NCBI GenBank assembly: GCA_963824995.1
Contig: CAWGRK010000010.1
Location: 120,928 to 184,927 of the forward strand
Length of the DNA: 64,000 nt
Direction: 5' to 3'
Origin: an uncultured Actinomycetes bacterium
Lineage (GTDB): Bacteria; Actinomycetota; Acidimicrobiia; Spongiisociales; DATADW01
Position numbers and translations under genes: made by a program. Shown here one piece after another: positions 9,176 through 19,312 of this stretch. The notes beneath the pieces were generated by a model. The model was given only the letters and a program-made list of their open reading frames with translations, was not told the origin of the DNA and searched no databases. Position 1 is the stretch's first letter. Each line of letters opens with the position of its first letter.

Positions 9176-9310
9176 GGGTGCCCGAGGGGGGCGGCTCCGC
9201 CAGCCCCACTCGGCCTGGTTGGGGCGGCTTGCCCGGCCCAACCAGGGCAAGTGAGCGCGGCCGAAGGCTGCACGATTGGAATCCACGGCGGCGAAGCCCG
9301 CCGGGCACCC
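9176..9310. other. Multi-hairpin structured element (MITE/REP-like or structured RNA)
   Basis: 9-bp terminal inverted repeat GGGTGCCCG/CGGGCACCC encloses a 10-bp stem CCTGGTTGGG/CCCAACCAGG and the hairpins GCGGCCGAAGGCTGC and GGCGGCGAAGCCCGCC. Confidence 0.6.
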
Positions 9311-10654
9311 TCAGCCGAGTTCGGCTGCTACTACCTCGGCGAGGTCCTCGGCGGTGGCTCGCGCTGTCGCCTCGTCAGATGCCTCGACCATCACCCTGGC
9401 AAGTGGCTCGGTCCCTGAGGCGCGCACCAGGATTCTCCCATCGTTGCCGAGGCTCTCCTCGGCGCGCCGCACCGCCGCCCAGACGGCATCGGACTCGCCC
9501 AACCGGTCCCGGTCGAGAACGCGCACGTTCAACAGCACTTGGGGGAACTCGGTGATCGCCTCCTTGCGGAGGGTGCGTAGATCACTCCCTGTGGCGGCCA
9601 CGACCTCGAGGAGCAGCATTCCGGTGAGCAACCCGTCGCCTGTTGGTGCCAACTCCGAGAAGATGACATGTCCCGACTGCTCGCCACCGAGCACCACCCG
9701 GCGGGCACGCATCTCCTCCATCACATAGCGGTCGCCCACTTGCGTCTCGATCACTTCGATTCCATGGGCCTGCATCGCCTTGCGGAACCCGAGGTTGGCC
9801 ATCACGGTCGTCACCACGGTGAGTGGGTGCAACCGTTCGGCCGCCGCCCAATGTCGGGCGATGATCGCCATCACAACGTCACCGTTGGCCGGCACGCCGT
9901 CCTCGTCCACAGCAATGAGCCGGTCGGCGTCGCCGTCGAACGCCAGACCGACCCTGCCCCCTACCTGGGATGCCAGGAAGTCGGTGTGGGTAGCGCCGCA
10001 ACCGAGATTGATGTTCAGTCCATCTGGCTCGGCGGCGATCAACTTCACCTCGGCGCCGAGTCGCTCGAACAGCAGCGGCGCTGCCCGGTGTGCCGCACCG
10101 TTGGCGCAGTCGAGCACCACCGGCAGACCGGTCAACGGAACCCGGGCAAGCCCGGCGAGGTGCTCCACATAGATGTCGAGGGCTTCGTCCAGGTCGGCTC
10201 TCATCCCGACGCCCTCGCCGGAGAGTGGGTTTCCGTGCTCTCCGGAGCGGAGGATTCGCTCGATTTCCTCCTCTTGGGAGTCGCTCAGCTTGGAGCCGTC
10301 GGTCGCAAGCAGCTTTATCCCGTTGTCCTCGGCCGGGTTGTGCGAGGCCGAGACCACCGCACCCATCGCCGCACCGGTGGCAGCGGTGAGGTGGGCGATC
10401 CCGCCCGAGGTGAGCACGTTGACGTCCACCGTGTCGATGCCGGCGGAGTGAAACCCCGCTTGGAGCGCCGCCGAGAGCATGCCGCCCGATCGCCGCGTGT
10501 CCCGGCCAACAAGCACCGGTCCGCTGTCGAGCACCGCTGCGGCCGCCCGGCCCAAAGCCAGCGCCAGATCGGCGGTCAGTTCGGTATTGGCCACACCACG
10601 GATGCCGTCGGTCCCGAAGAGACGAGACGCTCCGCCGAGGTCGCTCGAAGGCAC
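9311..10654 (-). CDS. glmM: Phosphoglucosamine mutase
   Basis: LFGTDGIRG, SASHNP phosphoserine motif, FDGDADR, GGEQSGH, RASGTEP. Confidence 0.98.
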   Translation of the reverse strand: MPSSDLGGASRLFGTDGIRGVANTELTADLALALGRAAAAVLDSGPVLVGRDTRRSGGMLSAALQAGFHSAGIDTVDVNVLTSGGIAHLTAATGAAMGAVVSASHNPAEDNGIKLLATDGSKLSDSQEEEIERILRSGEHGNPLSGEGVGMRADLDEALDIYVEHLAGLARVPLTGLPVVLDCANGAAHRAAPLLFERLGAEVKLIAAEPDGLNINLGCGATHTDFLASQVGGRVGLAFDGDADRLIAVDEDGVPANGDVVMAIIARHWAAAERLHPLTVVTTVMANLGFRKAMQAHGIEVIETQVGDRYVMEEMRARRVVLGGEQSGHVIFSELAPTGDGLLTGMLLLEVVAATGSDLRTLRKEAITEFPQVLLNVRVLDRDRLGESDAVWAAVRRAEESLGNDGRILVRASGTEPLARVMVEASDEATARATAEDLAEVVAAELG

Positions 10655-10665
10655 CGGTCGGTGCC

Positions 10666-11058
10666 CTACCGCTTGGTGTACTGCGGCGCCCGGCGGGCCT
10701 TCCTCAACCCGTACTTCTTGCGCTCGACGCGCCGGGCGTCACGGGTGAGGAAACCGCCGCGCTTGAGCACAGGTCGCAACTCCGGGTCGTAGTCCACTAG
10801 TGCGCGGGCGATACCGAGCCGGAGGGCGTCCGCTTGACCCGTGGTGCCCCCGCCTTCGAGCCTGGCGTGGACGTCAAAGCGTCCGATCACCTGCGCCACC
10901 TGGAGCGGCTCCATGACTCGGATGCGCTGCGCCATCGTCGGGAAGAAATTCTCCAACGCACGGCCGTTGAGGACGATCTGGCCGGAGCCGTCGTAGAGAC
11001 GGACACGAGCGACCGACTCCTTGCGGCGGCCGGTGGCCTGGACGAGGGGCTGTGCCAT
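10666..11058 (-). CDS. rpsI: 30S ribosomal protein S9
   Basis: TGRRKESVARVRL ... ERKKYGLRKARRAPQYTKR. Confidence 0.99.
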   Translation of the reverse strand: MAQPLVQATGRRKESVARVRLYDGSGQIVLNGRALENFFPTMAQRIRVMEPLQVAQVIGRFDVHARLEGGGTTGQADALRLGIARALVDYDPELRPVLKRGGFLTRDARRVERKKYGLRKARRAPQYTKR

Positions 11059-11522
11059 CAGGCTTCCACCTTTCGGAGATCGATGGCATACGGCTGAGGG
11101 CGCTGCGCCTGGTGCGGATGGTCAGGCCCTGCGTAGACCTTGAGCTTGCGGTGCATCGCCCGACCCAATCGATTCTTGGGGAGCATCCCCCGCACTGCCC
11201 GCTGGATCACCGCTTCGGGTCGGCGTTGGATCAACCGCTCGAACGACTCCTCGCGCAGCCCGCCCGGGTAACCCGAGTGGCGGTAGTAGATCTTCGATTG
11301 GCTCTTACCCGAGGTCACCGCGACCTTGGCTGCGTTGACGACGATCACGAAGTCACCGGTGTCGACATGCGGGGCGAATTGGGGCTTGTGTTTGCCACGC
11401 AACAGCCGGGCTATCTCGGTGGCGAGGCGGCCTAGCGGGAGGTCGGCGGCGTCGATCTCATGCCAGACGCGCTCCACCTCGCCTGGACGTGGCGAATAGG
11501 TGGATTGCAGCTTCGGCTTCAT
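11058..11522 (-). CDS. rplM: 50S ribosomal protein L13
   Basis: [37 protein letters not shown]. Confidence 0.99.
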   Translation of the reverse strand: MKPKLQSTYSPRPGEVERVWHEIDAADLPLGRLATEIARLLRGKHKPQFAPHVDTGDFVIVVNAAKVAVTSGKSQSKIYYRHSGYPGGLREESFERLIQRRPEAVIQRAVRGMLPKNRLGRAMHRKLKVYAGPDHPHQAQRPQPYAIDLRKVEA

Positions 11523-11620
11523 GGAGAACCTTCGGGTCCGCGGAGGAGCGCCCGCCGGACGGCGAGCAGAGATGATGCTAGATGAGCCCGGCCACCATCG
11601 CCAATCGCCCGCCCGTCGAT

Positions 11621-12502
11621 TTACCCGGCAAGCTCGGCTACATCGAGCAGGTCGGCCACGCTCCCCACCACTCCGATCCTGGGTTGGCTTTGCTCGTTCT
11701 GTGGGCTCGGGGCGTTGCTGTGTGACCGCTCGAACCCTGGGTTGGCCGGACTGGTTCTGTGGGCTCGGGGCGTTGCTGTGTGACCGCTCGAACCCTGGGT
11801 TGGCCGGACTGGTTCTGTGGGCTCGGGGCGTTGCTGTGCGACCGCTCGAACCCTGGGTTGGTAGCTACCCACAGGGTCTCCAACTCTGGGTTGGTGGAGC
11901 CCCAGCGGGTCCACCAGGTAGACCCGCGCCAGCCCGGCGGCGGAAGCGCCGCCTATGTCGTGATGCGGGGAGTCACCCACGTACCAGGTGGATGAAGCGG
12001 GCACATCGAGTCGTTCGAGAGCAATGGCGAAGATACGAGGATCGGGCTTCGAGACTCCGACAAGGTGGGAGTCGACCACCGTCTCGAACATACCGTCGAA
12101 CCCGGCGGTCACGAGTTCCTCGGCCACCGTCCCGTCTGAGTTGGAGACCACCGCTATCCGGATGCCCCGTGAATGAAGTCGGCGCACGGATTCGACGGCC
12201 CCGGCCAAGCCGTGGTGCCACAGCCAGCGCCCCCCGTCCACGGCATCGAGAACCCCGTCTGTGACCTCGATACCGCACAGATCGAGAAAGCGACGGATCC
12301 ACCAGTCCCAGTGCACCTCCGCCGCTGCGGAGAGCAGAGCGGAGAACTCGGCCATGGCCCGGTAATGGGCGGCGGTGACCCGAACCTGTTCCGGTACTGA
12401 AGCGCCGAGCGGTGCGAGCCGATCCGCCAAGGTGACGGCATCGATCACGACGAGCGTGCCGCCCGCATCGAACAGGACGGCCTCGGGTCGCCGATCACTC
12501 AT
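11621..12502 (-). CDS. HAD-family hydrolase with a repeat-derived C-terminal insertion
   Basis: FDAGGTL motif I, VVSNSDG, KPDPRIF, YVGDS..DI.GA..AGL. Confidence 0.9.
   Translation of the reverse strand: MSDRRPEAVLFDAGGTLVVIDAVTLADRLAPLGASVPEQVRVTAAHYRAMAEFSALLSAAAEVHWDWWIRRFLDLCGIEVTDGVLDAVDGGRWLWHHGLAGAVESVRRLHSRGIRIAVVSNSDGTVAEELVTAGFDGMFETVVDSHLVGVSKPDPRIFAIALERLDVPASSTWYVGDSPHHDIGGASAAGLARVYLVDPLGLHQPRVGDPVGSYQPRVRAVAQQRPEPTEPVRPTQGSSGHTATPRAHRTSPANPGFERSHSNAPSPQNEQSQPRIGVVGSVADLLDVAELAG
11677..11894. repeat. Tandem 58-bp repeat x3 plus a 33-bp partial unit, inside the HAD CDS
   Basis: (C/T)CCTGGGTTGG recurs at 11677, 11735, 11793 and 11851 (period 58), with a variant at 11884. Confidence 0.92.
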
Positions 12503-13247
12503 CGGGCCACTCCCTGTAGCCGACCTGCCAGAGGGTCAGCCCGTGCGGGGGGGCCACCCGGCGCGCTGCTGAGCGGTCTCGGCTCTCGATCGTGTCCGGG
12601 ACCGCATCGGCGTCCATCCGGCCTCTACCTATCTCGGTGGAGAGTCCGGCGATCGACCGGACCATCTGATGGCAGAAGGAACTGGCGGAGATGGCGAGTG
12701 TGGCGACCTGGTCTTGTCCTTTCGTCCAACCGGCCTCGAGCACCCGACGCCGGGCGGTGCCGCCCGGCGGGACCCGACAGAAGGAGGCGAAATCGTGCTC
12801 CCCCACCAGATGGGAGACAGCGGCGTCCATGGCGCCCACGTCGAGCGGGTCTGGGTAGTGCCATGTCGTAGCGGCGAGAAACGGATCGGGAATCTCGGCG
12901 GTGAGCACCCGATAGCGGTAAGAGCGCCAACGTGCCGAGAAGCGGGCATGGAAACCATCCTCGACCAACCGGCAGGAGGCCACCGCCACCTCGGGCCCGA
13001 GCAGGCTGTTGAGCCCGTTGACCACTTTGGATTCCTGCACCTGCTCGGGTAACTCGAAGCTGGCCACCTGGGCCTGGGCATGGACGCCGGAATCGGTCCG
13101 CCCTGCCACTGACAGCACCAAGTGCTCTCCGGTGATGCGACGCAGTGCCGACGCCAGTTCGCCCGCCACGGTCCTTACCCCGGGCTGCACCGCCCAGCCG
13201 TGGAAGCCGCCGCCCAGGTAGGCCAGGTCGAGGCGGTAGGTGGGCAC
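12495..13247 (-). CDS. truA: tRNA pseudouridine(38-40) synthase
   Basis: AGRTDSGVHA, FHARFSA..R.YRY, GEHDFASF, FCHQMVR, PPHGLTL. Confidence 0.97.
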   Translation of the reverse strand: MPTYRLDLAYLGGGFHGWAVQPGVRTVAGELASALRRITGEHLVLSVAGRTDSGVHAQAQVASFELPEQVQESKVVNGLNSLLGPEVAVASCRLVEDGFHARFSARWRSYRYRVLTAEIPDPFLAATTWHYPDPLDVGAMDAAVSHLVGEHDFASFCRVPPGGTARRRVLEAGWTKGQDQVATLAISASSFCHQMVRSIAGLSTEIGRGRMDADAVPDTIESRDRSAARRVAPPHGLTLWQVGYREWPDE

Positions 13248-13253
13248 GCAGCG

Positions 13254-13784
13254 TCAGAAGAAGATGCCGCCGCCGAAGAGCACCGAGATCCCGGCCCAGA
13301 TGGCGAACCCGAGTAAGGCGGTGAGCCAGGCCTGCTGGCGGGGAAGCTCCATTGTCTGCTCCACCGCCACGGACAGCACCACGAGGAACCACGCCCAAAG
13401 CAGGAGCACGACGATGGTGGCCGCCAAACCAAGCCCAGTCTGCGAAACGACGAGAAAGAGGATCGGTCCCAGCAGGAGGAGAGGGGCGTGGGCGAACCCA
13501 GTGGAGGCCAGCAGCTTCTGGAAGTCGGCACGGCCCCCGAACACACGGCTCCCAAGGAGGAACACGGCAAAAGTGAGGATCACCCAACCGAATAGAGCTC
13601 CGATGACGTTGCTCACCACGACGAAGAGGCCGATCGACCCGGCGGCGACGAGCACCGCCGTCCACAGCAGAGCGGAGACCAGGGCTACCACCACCAGGGC
13701 GTTAGCCACCGCCGAGCCGTCGAAGTAGAGCTCGGTGTAGACCGAGCGATCGAGGCGGGCGGCTCGCGCCGCTTGTCTGAGCAT
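13254..13784 (-). CDS. YIP1-family membrane protein
   Basis: 176-aa multi-TM protein with a 'FGGRADF..LL...GFAHAP' pattern. Probable leaderless -10 TATCCT. Confidence 0.7.
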   Translation of the reverse strand: MLRQAARAARLDRSVYTELYFDGSAVANALVVVALVSALLWTAVLVAAGSIGLFVVVSNVIGALFGWVILTFAVFLLGSRVFGGRADFQKLLASTGFAHAPLLLLGPILFLVVSQTGLGLAATIVVLLLWAWFLVVLSVAVEQTMELPRQQAWLTALLGFAIWAGISVLFGGGIFF

Positions 13785-13827
13785 GGAGCGGACAGGATAG
13801 GAGCGTCGAGTCAGGCCGGTGGACGGC

Positions 13828-14811
13828 TCAGAGACGGCGCAACCTCACACCGACGACCGAGTGGTCGGCCGCCTTCTCCAGGATGAGTCGGGCGCGCTCC
13901 TTCGTCGGTGCGATGTTCTCCGACAGGTTCCGTCCGTTGATGTCGCGCCAGATGCGGAGTGCGGTCACCTTCGCTTCGTCGTCACCGAGGCTGCTCCAAT
14001 GGTGGAAGTAGGAGCCGGGGTCCTGGAAGGCGGTGCTGCGGAGTGTGAGGAAACGCTCGACATACCAATCTTCGACATGACTCTCGACGGCATCGACGTA
14101 TATCGAGAAGTCGAACAGGTCGGAGACGAACAGCCGGTCTCCCTCGCCGGCTTGGAGGACGTTGAGCCCCTCGACGATGAGCACATCGGGCCGGTCGACG
14201 ACCTGGGATTCGCCGGGGACGATGTCGTAGCTGTGATGGGAGTACACCGGTGCCTCCACCACGGAGGCACCCGACTTGACCTCTGTGAGGAACGAGACGA
14301 TCCGCCGTCGGTCATAGCTCTCGGGGAACCCTTTGCGCTCCATGAGACCACGGGAGGACAACACGGCGTTGGGGTAGAGAAACCCGTCGGTTGCGATCAG
14401 GTCGACGTGCCGGTGCGACTCACCGTGGCGGAGGAGCGCCTGGAGAATCCGTGCCGTCGTCGACTTTCCTACGGCTACCGAGCCAGCGATTCCGATGACG
14501 AAGGGGACCCTCTGTGCGGGATTGCCTAGAAACGTGTCGGTGACCCGGAACAGCTCCTGGCTGGCGGTGACGTATAGGCTGAGCAGCCGGGCGAGCGGAA
14601 CATAGATGTCCGCCACCTCGTCGAGCGACACCCGCTCGTTGATCCCCGCCAGCTCATCGAGATCCGCTTCGGTGAGGGTCAAAGGTGAGCTCTCCCGAAG
14701 CCGCGCCCACTGGGCACGTGTGAAGTCGAGAAAGATGTCTTCGGTATTGAGTATCGGGTATTGAGTAATGGGTACTGGTCTTATTTCTAAGTACCAAGTA
14801 CTAAGTACCAA
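13828..14811 (-). CDS. coaA: Type I pantothenate kinase (start uncertain)
   Basis: [48 protein letters not shown]. The only near-canonical in-frame start is TTG 14811, inside a heptamer array. Confidence 0.96.
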   Translation of the reverse strand: MVLSTWYLEIRPVPITQYPILNTEDIFLDFTRAQWARLRESSPLTLTEADLDELAGINERVSLDEVADIYVPLARLLSLYVTASQELFRVTDTFLGNPAQRVPFVIGIAGSVAVGKSTTARILQALLRHGESHRHVDLIATDGFLYPNAVLSSRGLMERKGFPESYDRRRIVSFLTEVKSGASVVEAPVYSHHSYDIVPGESQVVDRPDVLIVEGLNVLQAGEGDRLFVSDLFDFSIYVDAVESHVEDWYVERFLTLRSTAFQDPGSYFHHWSSLGDDEAKVTALRIWRDINGRNLSENIAPTKERARLILEKAADHSVVGVRLRRL

Positions 14812-14818
14812 GTACTTG
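14744..14818. repeat. Tandem heptamer array, family B (GTAYYRR), 5+4 copies
   Basis: GTATTGA GTATCGG GTATTGA GTAATGG GTACTGG ... GTACCAA GTACTAA GTACCAA GTACTTG; a locally AT-rich patch. Confidence 0.85.
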
Positions 14819-14835
14819 CTGGTCTGAGCGTCAGC

Positions 14836-15187
14836 TCAGACCAGCTCTATGACCGCCATCTCAGCGTTGTCACCGCGCCACGGTCCGGTACGGACGATCC
14901 TGGTGTAACCGCCGGGACGGCCCGCATACTTCGGGGCGACCTCATCGAACAGCTTCGTCACCACCTCGGTGTCCTGGATCACAGACAGAACCTGGCGCCT
15001 GGCGTGGAGGGTCCCCAGCCTCGCCTTGGTGATGAGCTTTTCGGTCACCGGCCGAACCGCTTTGGCGCAGCGTCACGGTGGTGGTCAGCTTGCCGTCCCA
15101 GATGAGGGACGAGGCCAGGTTGGCCAGGATCGCCTTCTCGTGCGACGCGCTGCCCCCGAGGCGCGGTCCCTTGCGGGGGGTGGGCAT
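14836..15187 (-). CDS. rplQ: 50S ribosomal protein L17 (one apparent frameshift near 15070)
   Basis: [25 protein letters not shown] in one frame joins [28 protein letters not shown] in another. Probably a sequencing indel. Confidence 0.93.
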
Positions 15188-16134
15188 CAGCCGCGTACCT
15201 CGTTCGAGCTGGTCAGGCTCAGCCCCAGCTCGTCGAGCTTCGGCGATGACCTCCTCCAGGCTCTTCTGCCCGAAGTTGGTGATGTTGAGCAGGTCGTCGG
15301 GGGTGCGCTCGATGAGCTCCCGGACCGTCTTGATCTGGGCACGGCGCAGGCGGTTGCCGCGGCCGCTCGGAGAGGTCGAGTGCCTCGATGGGAAGCTCGA
15401 GGTCGGGTGAGCCCGACTCGGTGGGTGCCACCTCGCCCAACTCGAGACCGATTCCGGTGCCGAGGTCGGCGAACAAGGCCGAGCAATTCACGGAGCGTCT
15501 TACCCGCCGAGGACACCGCTTCGCCTGGGTTGATCGCACCGTTGGTCTCCACGTCGAGCACGAGACGGTCGAAGTTGGTCATCTGGCCGACCTGCGTGCT
15601 CTCCACCCGGTAGGCGACGGTCTTGACCGGCGAGAAGATCGAGTCAATCGGGATGATCCCGATGGCGTCTGCCGACTTGTTGCGATCGGCGCTGCGATAC
15701 CCGACACCCGGACCCACGGTGAGCTCCATTTCGAACCTGGCGTTGGCCGACAGAGTCGCGATGTGGAGATCGCCGTTGACGATCTCGACACCAGCCGGAA
15801 CCTTGAGTTGGCTGGCGGTCACATCGCCAGGCCCCTTGGCCGAGAGGTAGAGCGTGTGCGTGTCGGTGTCCTGGAGACGGACCACGATCTGCTTCACGTT
15901 GAGGATGATGTCCACCACGTCTTCGACGACGCCGGGGACGGTTGAGAACTCGTGTTGCACCCCTTCGATCTGGAGCGAGGTCACCGCGGCTCCGGGGATT
16001 CGGGAGAGAAGGGTGCGGCGCAGGGTGTTGCCCAGCGTGTAGCCGAAACCCGGCTCCAGCGGCTCAACCAGGAACCTGGAGCGGTAGTCGGAGACAGGCT
16101 GCTCTTCGATCTGCGGTCGTTGGACGATCAGCAC
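15187..16134 (-). CDS. rpoA: RNA polymerase subunit alpha (apparent frameshifts in the 3' third)
   Basis: GTG 16134 gives [43 protein letters not shown]. The alpha-CTD ([13 protein letters not shown].., [10 protein letters not shown]) is split across frames. Confidence 0.95.
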   Translation of the reverse strand: MLIVQRPQIEEQPVSDYRSRFLVEPLEPGFGYTLGNTLRRTLLSRIPGAAVTSLQIEGVQHEFSTVPGVVEDVVDIILNVKQIVVRLQDTDTHTLYLSAKGPGDVTASQLKVPAGVEIVNGDLHIATLSANARFEMELTVGPGVGYRSADRNKSADAIGIIPIDSIFSPVKTVAYRVESTQVGQMTNFDRLVLDVETNGAINPGEAVSSAGKTLRELLGLVRRPRHRNRSRVGRGGTHRVGLTRPRASHRGTRPLRAAAATACAVPRSRRSGSSSSAPPTTCSTSPTSGRRAWRRSSPKLDELGLSLTSSNEVRG

Positions 16135-16162
16135 TGGGAATCCCTTCCGGGTGGGTGTGGGG

Positions 16163-16768
16163 TTACTTGGAGTAGAGCTCGACGATGAGCTGCTCTTGGA
16201 TCGGTGTGTCGATCTGGGCCCTGCTGGGCAGCTCATTGATGACGACGCGACGGGCATCGGCCTCGACCCCGAGCCATTCGGGGATCGCGCGGTTGATCGT
16301 GTCGACGGACTGCTGGACGACGAACAGGTTGGCGCTGCGCTCCTTGAGCGTGACCACATCGCCCTGCCGAACCTGGTACGAAGGGATGTCGACCTTCTTG
16401 CCATTCACCTGGAAGTGTCCGTGGTTGACCAGCTGGCGCGCCTGGGCACGGGTGGATGCAAAGCCCGACCGGTAGACGACGTTGTCGAGCCGGCACTCGA
16501 GCATGCGGAGCAGGTTCTCACCGGTTATGCCCTGCTGACGTGCCGCGTTCTTGTAGTAGTTGCGGAACTGGCGCTCCAGCACCCCGTACATGTAGCGGAG
16601 CTTCTGCTTCTCCTGGAGCTGGACGAGGTAATCGCTCTCGCGGATGCGGCCCTTGCCGTGCTCCCCTGGTGGATAGGGCCGACGATCGGCGGCGCACCGC
16701 TTCGATTGGCAGAGTGGCGTGCGCGCCCGGCGGCAGGCCTTGTGGGTGGGTCCGGTATAGCGGGCCAT
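16163..16768 (-). CDS. rpsD: 30S ribosomal protein S4
   Basis: [45 protein letters not shown]. Confidence 0.99.
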   Translation of the reverse strand: MARYTGPTHKACRRARTPLCQSKRCAADRRPYPPGEHGKGRIRESDYLVQLQEKQKLRYMYGVLERQFRNYYKNAARQQGITGENLLRMLECRLDNVVYRSGFASTRAQARQLVNHGHFQVNGKKVDIPSYQVRQGDVVTLKERSANLFVVQQSVDTINRAIPEWLGVEADARRVVINELPSRAQIDTPIQEQLIVELYSK

Positions 16769-16771
16769 GGC

Positions 16772-17162
16772 TCAGCGCCCCCGCCGCTTCTTGGGACGGC
16801 ATCCGTTGTGGGGCATCGGGGTGACGTCGCGGATGCTCGACACCTCCATACCCATGTTCTGCAGCGTGCGCACCGCGGTGTCGCGGCCCGACCCGGTGCC
16901 GCTCACCACGACATCGAGTTTGCGGATCCCGTGCTCGCCGGCACGCCGCGCTCGCTTCCTCGGCGGCAACCTGGGCGGCATAGGGAGTCGACTTGCGTGA
17001 ACCCTTGAAACCAACCGAGCCACCCGAAGACCAGACAACCGTGTTGCCCAGTGTGTCGCTGATCGTGATGATCGTGTTGTTGAAGCTCGCCTTGATGTGG
17101 GCGTGCCCGTGGGAGATGTTCTTCCGCTCCCGCCGGCGGACCCTTTTCTGCTCCTTGACCAA
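16772..17162 (-). CDS. rpsK: 30S ribosomal protein S11 (apparent frameshift near 16955)
   Basis: [29 protein letters not shown] joins, in another frame, [23 protein letters not shown]. Confidence 0.95.
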
Positions 17163-17175
17163 GCCTGGGGCTCCT

Positions 17176-17553
17176 CTACTTCTTGATCTTCTTCTTGCCG
17201 GCGATCGCCTGGCGCGGGCCCTTGCGGGTCCGGGCGTTGGTGTGGGTGCGTTGGCCCCTCACCGGCAGGCCTCGACGGTGGCGGATGCCCTGGTAGCACC
17301 CGATCTCGATCTTGCGTTTGATGTTCTGCTGGACGTCTCGTCTGAGATCCCCCTCGACCCGGTAGTTCTGCTCGATGAACCGCCGGATCCTCATCACCTC
17401 GTCCTCGGTGAGGTCGCGGATCTTGGTGGTCGAGTCGATGTCGAGGTGGTGTGAAATCTCCAGCGAACGGGTGCGGCCGATCCCGTATATGTAGGTCAGA
17501 CCGAATTGGAGTCGTTTCTCACGTGGCAAATCCACACCGGCGATTCGAGCCAT
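17176..17553 (-). CDS. rpsM: 30S ribosomal protein S13
   Basis: [27 protein letters not shown]. Confidence 0.99.
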   Translation of the reverse strand: MARIAGVDLPREKRLQFGLTYIYGIGRTRSLEISHHLDIDSTTKIRDLTEDEVMRIRRFIEQNYRVEGDLRRDVQQNIKRKIEIGCYQGIRHRRGLPVRGQRTHTNARTRKGPRQAIAGKKKIKK

Positions 17554-17558
17554 TCAAT

Positions 17559-17672
17559 TCACCCCTGACGCTGCTTGTGACGCGGGTTGCTGCAGATCAC
17601 CCAGACGCGACCACGACGCCGGATGATCCGACACTTCTCGCACATCTTCTTGGTGGAAGGGCGTACCTTCAT
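17559..17672 (-). CDS. rpmJ: 50S ribosomal protein L36 (Zn-binding form)
   Basis: [37 protein letters not shown] from ATG 17672. Confidence 0.98.
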   Translation of the reverse strand: MKVRPSTKKMCEKCRIIRRRGRVWVICSNPRHKQRQG

Positions 17673-17861
17673 CGCTGGCTTCCTCACCTGTATCGCCGAA
17701 ACTGGACCGCTCCTCGGGGTGCGCCAGGGGTTTCGCGCCATCATCGACCAACGCGTTCGAGCGAGTGGTCGACGGCGACTCCGATGGCGTCCCCGCAGAG
17801 TGCAACTGCCAGCCCGTAGGGGCGTGAGACTTTTCGGTCCAGGCGGACCGACGCACCCAGA

Positions 17862-18653
17862 TTAGCCTCCAAGAACCGTCTGGACAAACTCGGTGGTGGC
17901 GTCTTCCTTCGCCAGGGTGAGCACCTTGGTTCCCTCCTCTGTGAGGGCGATCGTGTGCTCGAAATGGGCCGAAAGGGCGCCATCGGCTGTGACCACTGTC
18001 CAGCCATCCGGCATGACACGTGTCTCGGCCGTTCCCAGGTTGAACATTGGCTCGATACAGATCGACATGCCCGTCCGGAGCTTGAGGCCTTTGCCCGGTG
18101 TCCCATGGTTGGGGACCTGGGGGTCCTCGTGCATCTGTCTGCCGATCCCATGCCCTACGTACTCGTGAACCACGCCGTACCCGGCACCTTCCCCTATCTC
18201 CTTGACCGCCGAGCCGATGTCCCCCAACCGGGCACCGGCACGGACCTGGGCGATCCCGGCCCACAGCGCCCGCTCGGTGGCCTCGATGAGGCCCTGTACC
18301 TGCGGAGGGACCTCGCCGACGGCGAATGTGACCGCAGCGTCGCCGTGATACCCCTCGTATATCGCCCCGGCATCGATCGACAGGATGTCGCCGTCCCTCA
18401 ACCGGTAACGGTCAGGGATCCCGTGGACGATGACGTGGTTGGGAGAGGCGCAGATGCGCGCCGGAAAGCCGTGGTAACCGAGGAACGACGGAGTGCAATC
18501 CCGCGAGCGCAGCACCTCGGCGGCAACGTCGTCGAGTTCGAGCATGCTCACGCCGACCGTCGCCTCGGCCCGGACGGTCCGCAGCACATCGGCCACGCAC
18601 GCACCGGCGACGGCCATCTTCTCGAACTCGTGGCTCGACTTGATGGTGATCAT
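17862..18653 (-). CDS. map: Type I methionyl aminopeptidase
   Basis: FLGYHGFP, IVHGIP, GYHGDAA, GHGIG..MHEDP, IEPM, SAHFEHT. Confidence 0.98.
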   Translation of the reverse strand: MITIKSSHEFEKMAVAGACVADVLRTVRAEATVGVSMLELDDVAAEVLRSRDCTPSFLGYHGFPARICASPNHVIVHGIPDRYRLRDGDILSIDAGAIYEGYHGDAAVTFAVGEVPPQVQGLIEATERALWAGIAQVRAGARLGDIGSAVKEIGEGAGYGVVHEYVGHGIGRQMHEDPQVPNHGTPGKGLKLRTGMSICIEPMFNLGTAETRVMPDGWTVVTADGALSAHFEHTIALTEEGTKVLTLAKEDATTEFVQTVLGG

Positions 18654-18669
18654 GGGCGGCCAATGATCG

Positions 18670-18697
18670 GACGGCGGACGGCGGACGGCGGACGGCG
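18670..18697 (+). repeat. Tandem heptamer (GACGGCG)x4 between adk and map
   Basis: Four perfect copies fill most of the 46-bp gap. Confidence 0.93.
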
Positions 18698-18699
18698 GC

Positions 18700-19245
18700 T
18701 CATGCTTCGAGGACCTTCAGGATTCGCTCTGTTATCTCGTCCACACCACCGGAGCCATCGACCACAATGACGACTCCCCGGTCCTTGTAGAGGTCGACCA
18801 AGGGTGCAGTCTGCTCTTGATAGACACTAAAGCGGGTACGGATTGCCTCCTCGGTGTCATCGGCCCGACCTCTGGCCAGGATGCGGCGCACCAATTCGTC
18901 CTCATCAACCTCGAAGACGACGACCCGATCTAGCGGCTTGTCATCGAGAAGCACGTCGAGGGCCTCTGCCTGACCCGGTGTGCGGGGAAACCCGTCGAGG
19001 ATGAAGCCATCGGCAGCGTCCTCTGCGGCAGAGCGCTCGGCGAGCATGGCGATGGTGATCTCGTCGGGAACGTACTCGCCCGCCTCCATGATCTCCTTCA
19101 CCCTCAGCCCCAAGCCGGTCCCCTCGGCGACGTGGCGGCGGAACATCTCCCCGGTGGATACGTGGGGGATGCCCAGATGCTCGGCGACGCGCGCTGCCTG
19201 AGTCCCCTTCCCCGCTCCCGGCGGCCCCAGAAACAGGAGCCTCAT
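18700..19245 (-). CDS. adk: Adenylate kinase (short-LID type)
   Basis: GPPGAGKGTQA, STGEMFR, FILDGFPRT, RGRADD. Confidence 0.98.
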   Translation of the reverse strand: MRLLFLGPPGAGKGTQAARVAEHLGIPHVSTGEMFRRHVAEGTGLGLRVKEIMEAGEYVPDEITIAMLAERSAAEDAADGFILDGFPRTPGQAEALDVLLDDKPLDRVVVFEVDEDELVRRILARGRADDTEEAIRTRFSVYQEQTAPLVDLYKDRGVVIVVDGSGGVDEITERILKVLEA

Positions 19246-19263
19246 TGGCCGCCCTCTGGGCGG

Positions 19264-19298
19264 CAGTACTCAATACTCAGTACCCAGTACTCAGTACT
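19264..19298. repeat. Tandem heptamer (CAGTACT)x5, family B, between secY and adk
   Basis: CAGTACT CAATACT CAGTACC CAGTACT CAGTACT. Confidence 0.9.
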
Positions 19299-19312
19299 GA
19301 CATGACCGAAGG

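Noticed and set aside
11677-11894. 58-bp periodic array as a CRISPR array
   Set aside because: Units are near-identical along their full length, with no unique spacers. The array sits inside a CDS and no cas genes are present.
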